Shown one piece after another: positions 1-11,960 of a stretch of DNA of 57,825 bases (position 1 is the stretch's first letter; every line of letters begins with the position of its first letter). The DNA comes from Octopus bimaculoides (Eukaryota). The stretch spans positions 34,520,689 to 34,578,513 of the forward strand of contig NC_068988.1 of NCBI RefSeq assembly GCF_001194135.2. Direction: 5' to 3'. The position numbers and the translations under genes were made by a program. The notes beneath the pieces are model-generated. The model made no database searches. It saw nothing but the letters and a program-made list of their open reading frames with translations, and was not told where the DNA came from.

Positions 1-44
<44 letters not shown>

Positions 45-180
45 GCACGGAAGAAAACCGGGATCAAACCTCCAAGTGAATATTCTTCAAGCACTCTGTC
101 GGATTCAAACCTGACTAACCCAATTGACCAATGAAAGTTCTTGCATTTCACGTAGTCCGTAAAATTACTTTCTGCGCGGG

Positions 181-435
181 AGATTAAAAATGTATAAATC
201 TCCATTCTTTTGCAACAAATTAATGGAGATTTTTTAACAGTAGGCACGTTTCAGATAGATTGGTATAGCATAATTCTGCATAATAGTTGAAGTATATTTG
301 ATCGATTTCTGTAGAAGCTTAGTCGATCAATTATGAATCGATTTATATTCGAGAATAATAAATCGCAGAATTATGTAATACCAATGTATCTGAAACACGC
401 ATAAGATTAAAAACGAATAACTCTCCATTCTTTTG
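181..435. mobile_element. Small fold-back/MITE-like element flanked by imperfect direct repeats
   Basis: 32-bp inverted arms at 248-279 and 365-396 (3 mismatches); imperfect ~32-bp direct repeats agattaaaaa...tctccattcttttg at 181-212 and 404-435. Confidence 0.5.
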
Positions 436-1367
436 TTTATATATGTGTATATATGATAGGCGAGTCCGGCACTCGGGCTGTTTGGGCTTAGCTCGAGTAT
501 GAATTTAGTAAAGTGAACGTGTATTTCAAGCTGATTTAATTTCTGCCAACACTGGCTTCAAGTATGTAATTGCAGCCAATAACTCGAGCTCCTTTTATTG
601 AGCCTGGTCGCAGTTCATTTATTTTTGCTCAGCGTCTGGCAGTCGTCTTAGAGGTACCCTGTGTCAAAAAATATTTCGTAGCAGACGTTCTCTCGACATA
701 CATACATACACACACACATACATATACACGTGTGTATGTATGTGTGTATGTATGTATGTATGTATGTATGTATGTATGTATGTATGTATGTATAATCACT
801 ATTACTTCCATAATTTGGTTTGCTGAACGTTAAACTTTTAAATCGTCGTTGAGCCAAAATAAACGTATGCCAGAGTATTGGGGAAAGGGTCTATGACTGC
901 ATATAGTTAACGATGTATTATATTCCCCTCCCTCTTTTCCTTGCCATGACGGAATTCTTCCACGGCTGAGTACGCTGAGTAATCTTACTACAAATAAGAA
1001 ACAGTCGGTGAAGAGCGTTGGCCGGTGGAGTCTAAAAGAGCTAGGTTACCAACCTGATGGCAGATCGATACGAGAGAACTGCTGAAAGCTTGTATCGTCA
1101 GTTAACAAGTATAATTTTTTCAAGAACTTTATAAATTTGCTGTTCTGCAAGAGATGAAAAGCGTAACGTCTTGAACAAAGCTTTAGTCGGAGAAATGTTA
1201 TCGCATAGGTTAGATTTGAAAGACTGGATGTGATTATTTCGCTATAAAACCATTTCACATAATCATTTTTTACGCTAGGTGTGTCGTTAGTAAGTACTCA
1301 GAGTATGTAGTTGGTATTAAAACAATAAACTGATCGACGAAAGGCTTTATTATTATGAGACAATACT

Positions 1368-1585
1368 AAGGCATCACGCTGGCAGAGTCGCTAGCACGCC
1401 GAGTAATATGCTCAGCGGCATTTCGTCTGTCCTCACATTCTGAGTTCAAATTAAGCCGAGGTCGATTATGCCTTTCAACCCTTTCAGGGTCGATAAAATG
1501 AGTGCCAATTGAACACTGGGCTCGATGTAATCGACTTGCACCCTTCCCCGAAATCGCTGGTCTTGTGCCACAATTTGAAACCATT
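1368..1585 (+). mobile_element. SINE family B (ggcggcgagctggcagaa... head), diverged copy
   Basis: Aligns by eye with copies at 13439, 47864 and 50444 (ctggcagag..ttagcacgcc, ttctgagttcaaatt, cctttc..gggtcgataaa, gatgtaatcgact). Confidence 0.8.
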
Positions 1586-1719
1586 ATTATGAGACAATAC
1601 ACAGCAAATTATTCATGGTTATTTAAGGTAACAGGAACTTTCTGTAAGTTTCAATATCCGGTTCTTACTAACATACTTTCACGGATGATTCAGAAAATAA
1701 CAAGCATGGGGATTAAAAG

Positions 1720-2150
1720 AGTGTTTATGTGCATTGGCTAAAAATCACGCATCATGGAGAGCGATCATCAAGAATAGATGTGATCTCTATGAGCAAAAGT
1801 GAGTGGAATACGCAGTTCTGAAGTCTTCACTCTTTAAGCAAGACTCAAGTCCAGTGCCTTTCTGCAGAAATCCAGCTAGAATTGAAGTGCAATGTGAGAA
1901 TTTCTTCTCTTCAGAGCTGGATTAATCAACTACCTAGACTCACATGAGCCAAGGAGAAATCTAATAGATTGCTACATGGTTCTGCCACCACGTCTGCTGC
2001 ACATTTGTAATGAGTGTAACTTAATTTGCAAGTCAACTGGTGGCTTAGCCAGAGATGCCAGGGAACAAACAGTTTAAGTATTACATCTGTGGACGTTCCT
2101 TATGGAACGGAGGCTGTGCTGAAGAGCCATTTGCGTACATATCATCGTGC
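1720..2150 (+). pseudogene. Degenerate RTE-clade LINE ORF C-terminus with three C2H2 zinc-finger remnants
   Basis: Frameshifted translation ASWRAIIKNRCDLYEQK*VEYAVLK (RTE C-terminal motif), then KCNV..FRAGLINYLDSH, HICNECNLICKSTGGLAR and YICGRS..TEAVLKSHLRTYH; paralogous to 52985-53620. Confidence 0.65.
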
Positions 2151-2263
2151 AATGTTTAATGAAAGGTTTAATAATGAGTTGTCTATATTTCAAAATGCAA
2201 TAGTGGGCGTGAAACCGGTGATAACTTTCTGACCGGTCATAACCAGGATATACTACTCGACTA

Positions 2264-2637
2264 TATGTGGAGGCGCATTGGCCCAGTGGTTAGGGCAGTG
2301 GACTCGTGGTCATAGGATCGCGGTTTCCATTCCCAGACCGGGCGTTGTGAAAACACCTAAGGCTCCACGAGGCTTCGGCAGGGGATGGTGGCGAACCCTG
2401 CTCTACTCTTTCACCACAACTTTCTCTCACTCTTTCTTCCTGTTTCTGTGGTACCTGTAATTCAAAGGGTCAGCCTTGTCACACTGTGTCACGCTGAATA
2501 TCCTCGAGAACTACAGTTAAGGGTACACGTGTCTGTGGAGTGCTCAACCACTTGCACGTTAATTTCACGAGCAGGCTGTTCTGTTGATCGGATCAACTGG
2601 AACCCTCGACGTCGTAAGCGACGGAGTGCCAACAACA
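2264..2637 (+). mobile_element. SINE family C, near full length, tRNA-derived head, 14-bp TSD
   Basis: A box tggcccagtggttagg, B-box-like gtttccattccc, (caa)n tail; perfect TSD atactactcgacta at 2250-2263 and 2638-2651; head matches 50273. Confidence 0.85.
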
Positions 2638-3140
2638 ATACTACTCGACTACATAATATGTGTCTGTCTATCTATCTATCTATCTATCTATCTGTCTGTC
2701 TGTCTGTCTGAATGGCTGTCTGTCTGTCTGTTCACTGATCGATCTATCTATCTATCCGCATGTGTGTATGCATATTCATAATATACTCACATATTTGAAC
2801 ATTTTAAAATAAAACGTTTCTGAAATTTTGGGTTAATTACCAAAGGCACATGACATTACCAGTAAAAATAAAAACAATGGACACACCTAGATTGTTTAAA
2901 GGAGGAAAATATTCAACAATGGCTGTTAATTTTAGACGCGTTACTGTTTTATGTCTACCCACATACACTCATTCCATAATTCCACGCTCTCTGACAAAAG
3001 GCATGATTTATTCTGTCATTATGTCAATGTATTTAATGCACTTCGATGCAACAATCACGAGATGTTATACAAAAGAGTCACACACACACACACACACATA
3101 CATACATACATACATACATAATACATACATACATATATAC

Positions 3141-3175
<35 letters not shown>

Positions 3176-3812
3176 NNNNNNNNNNNNNNNNNNNNNNNNN
3201 NNNNNNNNNNNNNNNNNNNNNNNNNNNNNNNNNNNNNNNNNNNNNNNNNNNNNNNNNNNNNNNNNNNNNNNNNNNNNNNNNNNNNNNNNNNNNNNNNNNN
3301 NNNNNNNNNNNNNNNNNNNNNNNNNNNNNNNNNNNNNNNNNNNNNNNNNNNNNNNNNNNNNNNNNNNNNNNNNNNNNNNNNNNNNNNNNNNNNNNNNNNN
3401 NNNNNNNNNNNNNNNNNNNNNNNNNNNNNNNNNNNNNNNNNNNNNNNNNNNNNNNNNNNNNNNNNNNNNNNNNNNNNNNNNNNNNNNNNNNNNNNNNNNN
3501 NNNNNNNNNNNNNNNNNNNNNNNNNNNNNNNNNNNNNNNNNNNNNNNNNNNNNNNNNNNNNNNNNNNNNNNNNNNNNNNNNNNNNNNNNNNNNNNNNNNN
3601 NNNNNNNNNNNNNNNNNNNNNNNNNNNNNNNNNNNNNNNNNNNNNNNNNNNNNNNNNNNNNNNNNNNNNNNNNNNNNNNNNNNNNNNNNNNNNNNNNNNN
3701 NNNNNNNNNNNNNNNNNNNNNNNNNNNNNNNNNNNNNNNNNNNNNNNNNNNNNNNNNNNNNNNNNNNNNNNNNNNNNNNNNNNNNNNNNNNNNNNNNNNN
3801 NNNNNNNNNNNN
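3176..3812. other. Assembly gap (N run); other gaps at 4771-4780, 9970-10512, 19834-20114, 27987-28045, 33435-34031, 35177-35559, 41979-42135, 51464-51839, 52477-52951
   Basis: Runs of N, most flanked by (TA)n/(CA)n/(GA)n microsatellites. Confidence 0.97.
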
Positions 3813-3845
<33 letters not shown>

Positions 3846-4249
3846 CACACAAACACTATTATTCTTTAGTACGAATAGTATTGAGAGTGATTTCGAAATT
3901 TCGACCAAATAAGCCATGATCATATAGTACTCTGCAAACTCAAGTAATGCATCAGTTTAATGTAAAATTGTTTTTTTTCATAACATAACATAAAGACATT
4001 CACATGTATGTATGCATACACACTATATACACATATACATATTTAACTTCATGATCTGTTGACTGAGTGTATGTCTCTTGAATGTTTGTTCTGCGCAGCC
4101 GCATTACATTTTTTTTTCTCTTGAGTGTCAGAATAAGGTAGAAATAACAAGAAAGATAAAGAGAAGTAGAGAAGTACAGAAAAGGGAGGGAGAAAGTGAA
4201 TTGTTGACAAGTATGTAAGATCAAAGAGACTGAGCCACTACTTTATTTA

Positions 4250-4375
4250 TCGACCCACTTTAAGGATAAAAGGCGAATCCAACCTCGATGTGATTTGAAC
4301 TCAGAACGCAGAGAAGATGATCAGCACATTTTGTTTTACGCCCCAACAACTCTGCCCTCTGACCACCTTTTTCCT
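4250..4375 (-). mobile_element. SINE family B fragment
   Basis: Reverse complement of tttgcctttcatcc..gggtcgataaa and ttctgagttcaaat. Confidence 0.6.
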
Positions 4376-4564
4376 CTCTCACATGTAAAACAACAATCTG
4401 CGAAATGTCAGGTTCCGATTCTCTCCACGCAATGCTGACCCTTGGGGATCCGTACAACTTGTTCTTATTAAAAATTATGTGCAGTTAATTAGTTATCCTT
4501 CTACAATGCACAAAATATTTTATCAAGTCTTTCTTTACATAATTCCTTATGATATTTAACTATA

Positions 4565-5190
4565 GGCGTAGGAGTGGCTGTGTGGTAAGTAGCTTGCTTA
4601 CCAACCACATGGTTCCGGGTTCAGTCCCACTGCGTAGCACCTTGGGCAAGTGTCTTCTACTATAGCCTCGGGCGGACCAAAGCCTTGTGAGTGGATTTGG
4701 TAGACGGAAACTGAAAGAAGCCTGTCGTATATATTATATATATATATGTATGTATATATATATATATATANNNNNNNNNNGTAGGAGTGGCTGTGTGGTA
4801 AGTAGCTTGCTTACCAACCACATGGTTCCGGGTTCAGTCCCACTGCGTAGCACCTTGGGCAAGTGTCTTCTACTATAGCCTCGGGCCGACCAAAGCCTTG
4901 TGAGTGGATTTGGTAGACGGAAACTGAAAGAAGCCTGTCGTATATATTATATATATATATGTATGTGTGTGTATGTATTTGTGTGTCTGTGTTTGTCCCA
5001 CCCAACATCGCTTGACAACCGATGCTGGTGTGTGTACGCCCCCGTAACTTAGCGGTTCAGCAAAAGAGACCGATAGAATAAGTACTAGGCCTACAAAGAA
5101 TAAGTCCTGGAGTCGATTTGCTCGACTAAAAGGCGGTGCTCCAGTATGGCCACAGTCAAATGACTGAAACAAGTAAAAGAGTAAAAGAGT
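4565..5190 (+). mobile_element. SINE family A (tRNA head + central microsatellite + conserved tail); head duplicated across a 10-N gap
   Basis: ggcgtaggagtggctgtgtggtaagtagcttgc...ggttcagtccc head, gggcaagtgtcttctactatagcc, (TA)/(TG) centre, tail ending gactgaaacaagtaaaagag; 4567-4730 is nearly identical to 4781-4945. Confidence 0.85.
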
Positions 5191-5449
5191 AAACGAGTAT
5201 AAAAATAAAACAGGACTTTTTTTTCAACATCGCGTGGCTATGTAGGTCAACTCGAGTGAAATGGGAATCAAAGGGGTCTATAAGGAAAAAATGGATAAGA
5301 AACACTGATCTAAAGTCACAGACTTTTACTGTGTAATTATTACCAACGCAAACCACTGCAAGTTGTTACGATTTCTCCACCTACTCCTATTAATTGAAAT
5401 AGATTGATAAATTAATCCTGTCCACTGCGCTTAAATGCAACTTACAGGC

Positions 5450-5830
5450 CTAGGCATAGCTGTGTGGTTAAGAAGCTTAATCCTCAGTCACAGAATTTGG
5501 GATTCATTCAGTTCCACTGAGTGGTAGTTAGGGTGGAGATTTTCCACTATAGCCCTAAGCTAACCACAGCAACATGAGTGGAGTTTGTAGACAGAAACTG
5601 AAAGAATCCCGTCGCATACATACTTATACATATATGTGTGTGTGTGTGAATGCATGTATGTATGTGTGTGTATGCGTACGTGCGTGAGAGAGCAGTGCAT
5701 GCCATCAAAGTGACACTGGGATAAAATATACGAAGCCCAGTATACCCATTATGACTACCTGTCTGATAAGGGTACACCAGGCACATGCATCACAACCATA
5801 TGCGCGAAACATAATGATGTCATATCATGA
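5450..5830 (+). mobile_element. Diverged family A head joined to a different repeat body (gcagtgcatgccatcaaagtgacactggg...)
   Basis: Head similar to 4565; sequence from ~5690 does not match the family A tail. Confidence 0.5.
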
Positions 5831-5994
5831 AAAACAGCGCTTGCATGTACGTATGTATGTATGTATGTATGTATGTATGTATGTGTGTGTGTGTGTGTGT
5901 GCATGTATGTATGTACGTGTGCGTACTTGCTTGCATGTATGTAAGTGTGTATGTAATCAGCCACTTCTGATTGTGTAAAGAAACGAAACACTAT

Positions 5995-6390
5995 CTTTTA
6001 TCTTTCACTTGTTTCAATCATTAGACTGCGGCCATGCTGGAGTAACATTTTGGCGAATTTTTATTTTAGTCGAATGAATCAACCCCAGTATTTAATATTT
6101 TTTAAAGCCGGGTACTTTTTCTATCGGTCACTTTTGCTGAACTACTACGTTTCGGGGACATAAACACACCAACACAGGTTGTCAAGCAGTGGTGGAGGAT
6201 AAAAACACACATGTTATATATATACACAACGGGCTTCTTTCAGTTTCCATTTACCAAATCCACTCACAAGGCTTTGGTCGGCCCGAGGATATAGTAGAAG
6301 ACACTTGCCCAAGGTGCCACGCAGTGGGACTGAACCCGGAACCATGTGGTTCGTAAGCAAGCTACTTACCACATAGCCGCTCTTACACCT
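5995..6390 (-). mobile_element. SINE family A, near full length
   Basis: Reverse complement of head (6230-6390) and tail (5995-6200) matches 4781-5190. Confidence 0.85.
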
Positions 6391-7189
6391 ATATTAGCAA
6401 GTGTCTTTTACAATAGCCCTGGGCCTACCAAATCCTTGTGACTTACCCACATTCCACGCAGTGTGACAGAACTTCTTATCACACAGCCGCGCCTGCGTCT
6501 AAATTAAGCATAATTAACGAAGATATCATTATGAGTTCATAGAGTAGGCATGAACTTCTATTCTTGACATGAACAAAAGAACAACGAGAAATCATTTCAA
6601 AGCTCATCACACCACAGTCGTCAGATGTCTGCTTTGTCATGTGTCAACGGATCCAGTTAGTCTCTGGAGTATTTGTTTCTGATAGCTATCTGCGAATATA
6701 TGCTGGTTTGCGATATACCCAATCCACATTAAGCTTATCGATCCATACGATGTGTGTATGTATGTATGTATGTATGTATGTATGTATGTATGTATGTGGT
6801 ATGTATATGTGTGTATGAAAGTATGTATCCATGCATTCATTCATTCATTCATGTATGCATGCATGCGTGCATGCGTGTGTGTGTGTGTGTGTGTGTTTGT
6901 GTATGTGTGTGTGTGAAATCCTGGAAGGAGTTGTACCAAACTTTGGCATTGAAAGTTATACAAACATCAGAACGGTGCGCGACTGCATCTTTCCAAAGAT
7001 CCCAACATCGCCATCCAAGATACAAGACCAAATACTGCAAGAGCACACAAACATGTACACACACACACACACACACATACACACACACGCACACACAAAC
7101 ACACAGACTCACACACACGCACACAAATGTATGTATGTGCGTGCGCATGAATGTTTGAACATGCGTGCGTGCATATATTTATATCTGTG

Positions 7190-7204
7190 TGTGTATGTGT
7201 GCGT

Positions 7205-7298
<94 letters not shown>
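7190..7298. repeat. Long (TG)n microsatellite, representative of dozens of simple repeats in the window
   Basis: Directly visible dinucleotide run. Confidence 0.95.
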
Positions 7299-7300
<2 letters not shown>

Positions 7301-8933
7301 ATATCACGTACACACATGTGTGATAAAACATTTACATCGAAAGCATATTCTTCGAAACACATGGCCAAAGAACAAAATGACCGAAAGAAAAATTGATCGA
7401 AAACATACTCGTCTGCATCAAATGGGAAGACAAATTCGTAAAGGAAAAAAAGTCTGAAATATACTTAACTTGTCATCTAATTTATTTTCGTGATAAGAAA
7501 AAAAATTCTGAAACGAAATATATTTTCAGTTTTTCTGTTTCTTTTGTGTTTATTTTTTTATAAGGAAGTAAATGCTTGTAGAGATGCATTGAAAGTTAAT
7601 CTCGTGCAATCTTTCAAACGTGTTTTTGTAATTTTAAAATGATAGCAAATTATATAAAAACGATTTCAAACTAAATATTATTTCTAGTTATCGTTTTGTA
7701 TATACGTTTCAGTACGCACGAGCGTGTAATATGATAGACATTCAGTAGTTATAGTAATAACACAGTTGGACACACTATTGACTTATAAAGCCAATACTAA
7801 CTCAGTAGGATACGGTATTGACTTATAAAGCGCTTAATATACTTTGTAGTATATTATGGTTGCCATAACGAAAAACAGTGTTCCTGCAATTCATTAATCT
7901 CAATGATAATGATTTCAAACATAGGTACATTACCAAAACGTTTATGGTCAGAGTAGAATCGCTTAGTTCTACTTAATAATTTGAGTTAGTAGGGTTTTGA
8001 GGAATGTGGAACCACCTTTTAGCCACGATTGTTCCAAGGTCTAATTGACCTGGCATGTTAGTGCCTGATCCTAGCTATGGGTTAATTACAGAAGAAACTC
8101 CAAGCGCAAAACCTCCCTGCTTTGTGAGTGTCTTGGGAAAGGAAAAGTCTAGGAGAGTCAACTTCGACAGGAAGTCAAGGAGTTGAGTCCCTTGGAAAGT
8201 CCGGTGCCTTCATTGACATTCCTTCTGTAACTTCAGGGTAGGTAAGCGAATCTCGTCAACTCTGTAAGTCAGTTCACTTAGGAGAAAGCCACTCCAATAT
8301 AAAAACCTACAGCTTGCTGTTCACCTCAGCCATCTAGCCCGCTGAGTTGGATAGGACTGTCATTTTAAAACTACTAAGCGCAGTCGGGAAGAAAGGCACT
8401 GCCGCGTCAATGATCGGTTCACGCAGTCACTGTTTAGGCATGCCGCACTTCCTCGTTATCTTCAGACTCGAAGAAACTGCCGTCATCTTATGAACAATGA
8501 CATGCAAAGATAATCGCAACAGTATTTAATAATTGAAACTAAAGGGACATAGCTCAATGCCACGCCACCTACTGACATTGCATTAACTATTTCAAATATA
8601 GATTCACAACCTGAACAACTCAATAAGACAGTAGTATTTGACTAATACTAAAATAGTCGACCTCAATTATCTACTATGTGTCCAGTATATCTCTCGCAAA
8701 AACTTTAATGATTTTCTCATGCGAATGGTCATATTTTATAGTTATCACAAATAACTTTCTCAACCCGACGTCAGATTTTGTAAATTATACAAAATCTATA
8801 AATTTTGATTTATATATTAACTATTTCTCAATTTTAGAGCATTAAAACAATATGACACCAGTAATTCAAATATCAATAAATCATTTTATTTTTCTTTGTA
8901 TATATTTTAAAACTGTTTCTTTAAAAAATTCCA

Positions 8934-9320
8934 ACGCAAGCGTGGCTGTGTGGTAAGAAGATTGCTTCCCAACCACATATTTCCAGCTTCAGTCTCTCTG
9001 CGTGGCACCTTGGGAAACTGTCTTACTATAGCCTTGGGCTGATCAAAGCCTTCTGAGTGGATTTGGTAGACGGAAACTGAAAGGAACCCGTCGTAAATAT
9101 ATATGTATGTGTGTGTGTGTTTGTGTCAGTGTTTGTTCCCCACCACCGCTGGACAACCAGTGCTGGTGTGTTTATTTCCTCGTAACTTATCAGTTCGGCA
9201 AATGAGACAGATATAATAAGCTTTAAAATATAAATACTGAGATGATGAATTTGACTAAAAATGTTTCAAAGCGATACTCCAGCCTAGCCGTAGTCTAATG
9301 AATAAAACAAGAAAAAAAGA
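8934..9320 (+). mobile_element. SINE family A, diverged full-length copy
   Basis: Head, central TA/TG tract and tail motifs are collinear with other A copies. Confidence 0.8.
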
Positions 9321-9564
9321 AAAAATTTTCTCGTATATTTTGTATTTTATTCGACTTTACGATCAATTTCCCTTTCGACTATTTTTTCTTTCTACGAATA
9401 TGTCATTTTAAGAATATATCTTTCTGGTAATATGCTTTGGTCAGGCTAGAATGTCTTAAATACATATTTTCGACGAGTATTCCTGAACACACACACACAC
9501 ACACACACAACATAATTTCTAAGCGAATATCTGTATAACTTCGATCACATTACTAGATAGAACT

Positions 9565-9633
9565 TCCATTTGTAGCTCAGGAGTAGAGCGTTCGCTCTTC
9601 ATTGCGAAAGTCCCCGGGTTCGGTCTCCATTTG
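9565..9633 (+). pseudogene. tRNA-like pseudogene or isolated SINE head
   Basis: tagctcag.agtagagc (A box), anticodon stem ttcgc/gcgaa with an 8-nt loop, gggttcg (B-box start); no proper acceptor stem. Confidence 0.55.
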
Positions 9634-9752
9634 GTGTATTTAATAAGGCGCAGGCACGATCGTGTAGTTAAGAAGCTCACTCTCTAATCAAGTGCTTTCT
9701 GGTATAGTCACGGACCAACAAATGCTTTGTGGGTGGTAGATGAAAACAGTAG

Positions 9753-9908
9753 GGTAAAGTAGTTGTATACTGCCAACTTAACGTGACAGTCCCAATGAGG
9801 GAATATATTACTGCTGTTTAGCCCTAGGAAGCCGGACCGCTAAACGGCAGTAGTATATTCCCTTATTGGGACTGTCACGTTAAGTTGGCAGTATACAACT
9901 ATTTTATC
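9753..9908. repeat. Near-perfect inverted repeat: 70-bp stem, 16-nt loop
   Basis: 9753-9822 pairs with 9839-9908 base for base; the only non-Watson-Crick pairs are five G.T. Confidence 0.95.
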
Positions 9909-11644
9909 GCATCACTACTGCTTAAGTCTCTCTGAGAGATTTAGAAATTTATTATTTCTAAATATATATNNNNNNNNNNNNNNNNNNNNNNNNNNNNNNN
10001 NNNNNNNNNNNNNNNNNNNNNNNNNNNNNNNNNNNNNNNNNNNNNNNNNNNNNNNNNNNNNNNNNNNNNNNNNNNNNNNNNNNNNNNNNNNNNNNNNNNN
10101 NNNNNNNNNNNNNNNNNNNNNNNNNNNNNNNNNNNNNNNNNNNNNNNNNNNNNNNNNNNNNNNNNNNNNNNNNNNNNNNNNNNNNNNNNNNNNNNNNNNN
10201 NNNNNNNNNNNNNNNNNNNNNNNNNNNNNNNNNNNNNNNNNNNNNNNNNNNNNNNNNNNNNNNNNNNNNNNNNNNNNNNNNNNNNNNNNNNNNNNNNNNN
10301 NNNNNNNNNNNNNNNNNNNNNNNNNNNNNNNNNNNNNNNNNNNNNNNNNNNNNNNNNNNNNNNNNNNNNNNNNNNNNNNNNNNNNNNNNNNNNNNNNNNN
10401 NNNNNNNNNNNNNNNNNNNNNNNNNNNNNNNNNNNNNNNNNNNNNNNNNNNNNNNNNNNNNNNNNNNNNNNNNNNNNNNNNNNNNNNNNNNNNNNNNNNN
10501 NNNNNNNNNNNNAACCAGTGTTGGCTTGTTTACGTCCCTGTAGCATTTGCGGTTCGGCAAAAGAGATGGTATAATAAAGTATCAGACTTGAAAAATAAGT
10601 ACTAGGGTCGATTGGTTCGACTAAAACCCTTCAACGCAGTGCCCCAGCATGGCCACAGTTCCATGATTGAAACAAATAAAGGATTAAAAAAAAAAAAAAA
10701 GATTTCCTTCTTTTTCGTCTTTGCTGCTGCCACCTCCAACGTAAATTATAGCAATTTCTTCTCTGAGTACCGCTTCTTCTTACCTGCTGCTTACCATTAA
10801 ATCTTCGTTATATGTCAGGTCATTGACGCCACTATGAAACATTTATTGATACTATTTCTGATGAAGTTGGAGGAAAAAAGACGGGTTCATTATTATGCTT
10901 GATAGCATTAAGACAGTTTAAAAACCTTATAAACGTATCAAGCTCCATTTTGTATTTTCGCTGATAAAGCAGATAAAATATGACAATTTTATTCTCACAA
11001 ATACTAGATGATCCTCCCCATCAAAATGATATTCCCGAATATTCTTTTGGTGGAAGAGTCACCTGGCATTTGTCCTGCTTTTGAAATTCTGGTGGAACCC
11101 CTGAGTACGAGCTATGATCAATAGTGTTCCAACCATGACCATCCCTCCTGTTTCCAAGAAAAGTATATCTAGGATTACATTATTCAGTCGGTAGCGTGTG
11201 GTTTGAGGGAGATTTTGCTGCAATTTTCTTACATATTAAGTAACCGCTTATCAAAACTCCCGTCTCCTGTTAATACTCGAATTGTTTTTGTGTTTTTTTT
11301 TCATTGAAATTATGCAACAAGATCTGAACAAAAATTGAAAACGTATGTTATTTGATTACTTTGAAATCCCTGCGGATTGTGTCGTAAAGTTGTAGCTTAT
11401 ACCTAAATCTAGAACCCTTTTTTTATTACTGTAATCTTCAGACAGAATCTGGATTGACACTTTGAACCGCAGATACAGTTTATCTGATGAGCTGCCACAC
11501 AACTTCTGTATTTCGTTGTATCATAATGTGACTAAAATTAAAAAAGGATAGTACTTTTTAAATTTAATTCTTTAGCTGAATGCTTCTCAAACTATTATTT
11601 TTAACGATCACTCATTTTCTTTTTATCTTTCTATTTTCTTTTCT

Positions 11645-11960
11645 TTTTTTTTTACTTGTTTCAGTCATTTTTAATGCTTTCGATCATCGATCCCAATAGC
11701 TAATTTTGTTGTTGTTTTGTTTTGTACGTCTGGTACATTTTCTATCGGAGTCTTTTGCCGATAACACTTATCAAGTAGCGGGAGGGGACAGATATAAAGA
11801 CACGCACAAATACACACATACGACACGCTTCTTTCAGTTTCCGCATATCAAATCGTCTCACAACGTTTTAGTCGACCCAAGGCTATATTAGAAGACACCT
11901 ACGCTACCTTGTAGTGGGTTTGAACCTGAAAGCAAATGGTTGGGAAGCAAGCTTTTTACC
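11645..11960 (-). mobile_element. SINE family A, old diverged copy
   Basis: tttacttgtttcagtcatt, cttctttcagtttcc and ggctatattagaagacac match the family A reverse complement. Confidence 0.65.

Noticed and set aside
1046-1105. CTGATGG...CTGCTGAAAGCTT hammerhead-like string
   Set aside because: Core A9 is missing, there is an extra base before GAAA, and stem I does not form.
2269-2345. SINE heads of families A-E as functional tRNA genes
   Set aside because: They have A/B boxes but no complete cloverleaf and continue into SINE bodies; I also could not assign them to the published octopus OK/OR1/OR2 families without alignment.
2850-3923. Long ORFs of 200-380 aa in the ORF track (also around 9.9, 19.7, 33.4, 35.1, 51.4 and 52.2 kb)
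   Set aside because: They run through N gaps and TA/CA microsatellites and translate as X, YI, HT or CV repeats.
4565-4945. Apparent tandem duplication of a SINE-A head
   Set aside because: Near-identical copies flank a 10-N gap; most likely overlapping contig ends or two alleles.
6910-7050. Frame reading RSQHRHPRYKTKYCK, resembling the TIS11/ZFP36 RHPKYKTELC linker
   Set aside because: No CCCH finger follows, there are no usable splice sites, and it sits between microsatellites; neighbouring CESW..LYQ..LKV also fits a decayed RTE fragment.
11484-11510. CTGATGAG core start
   Set aside because: No downstream GAAA at a suitable distance.
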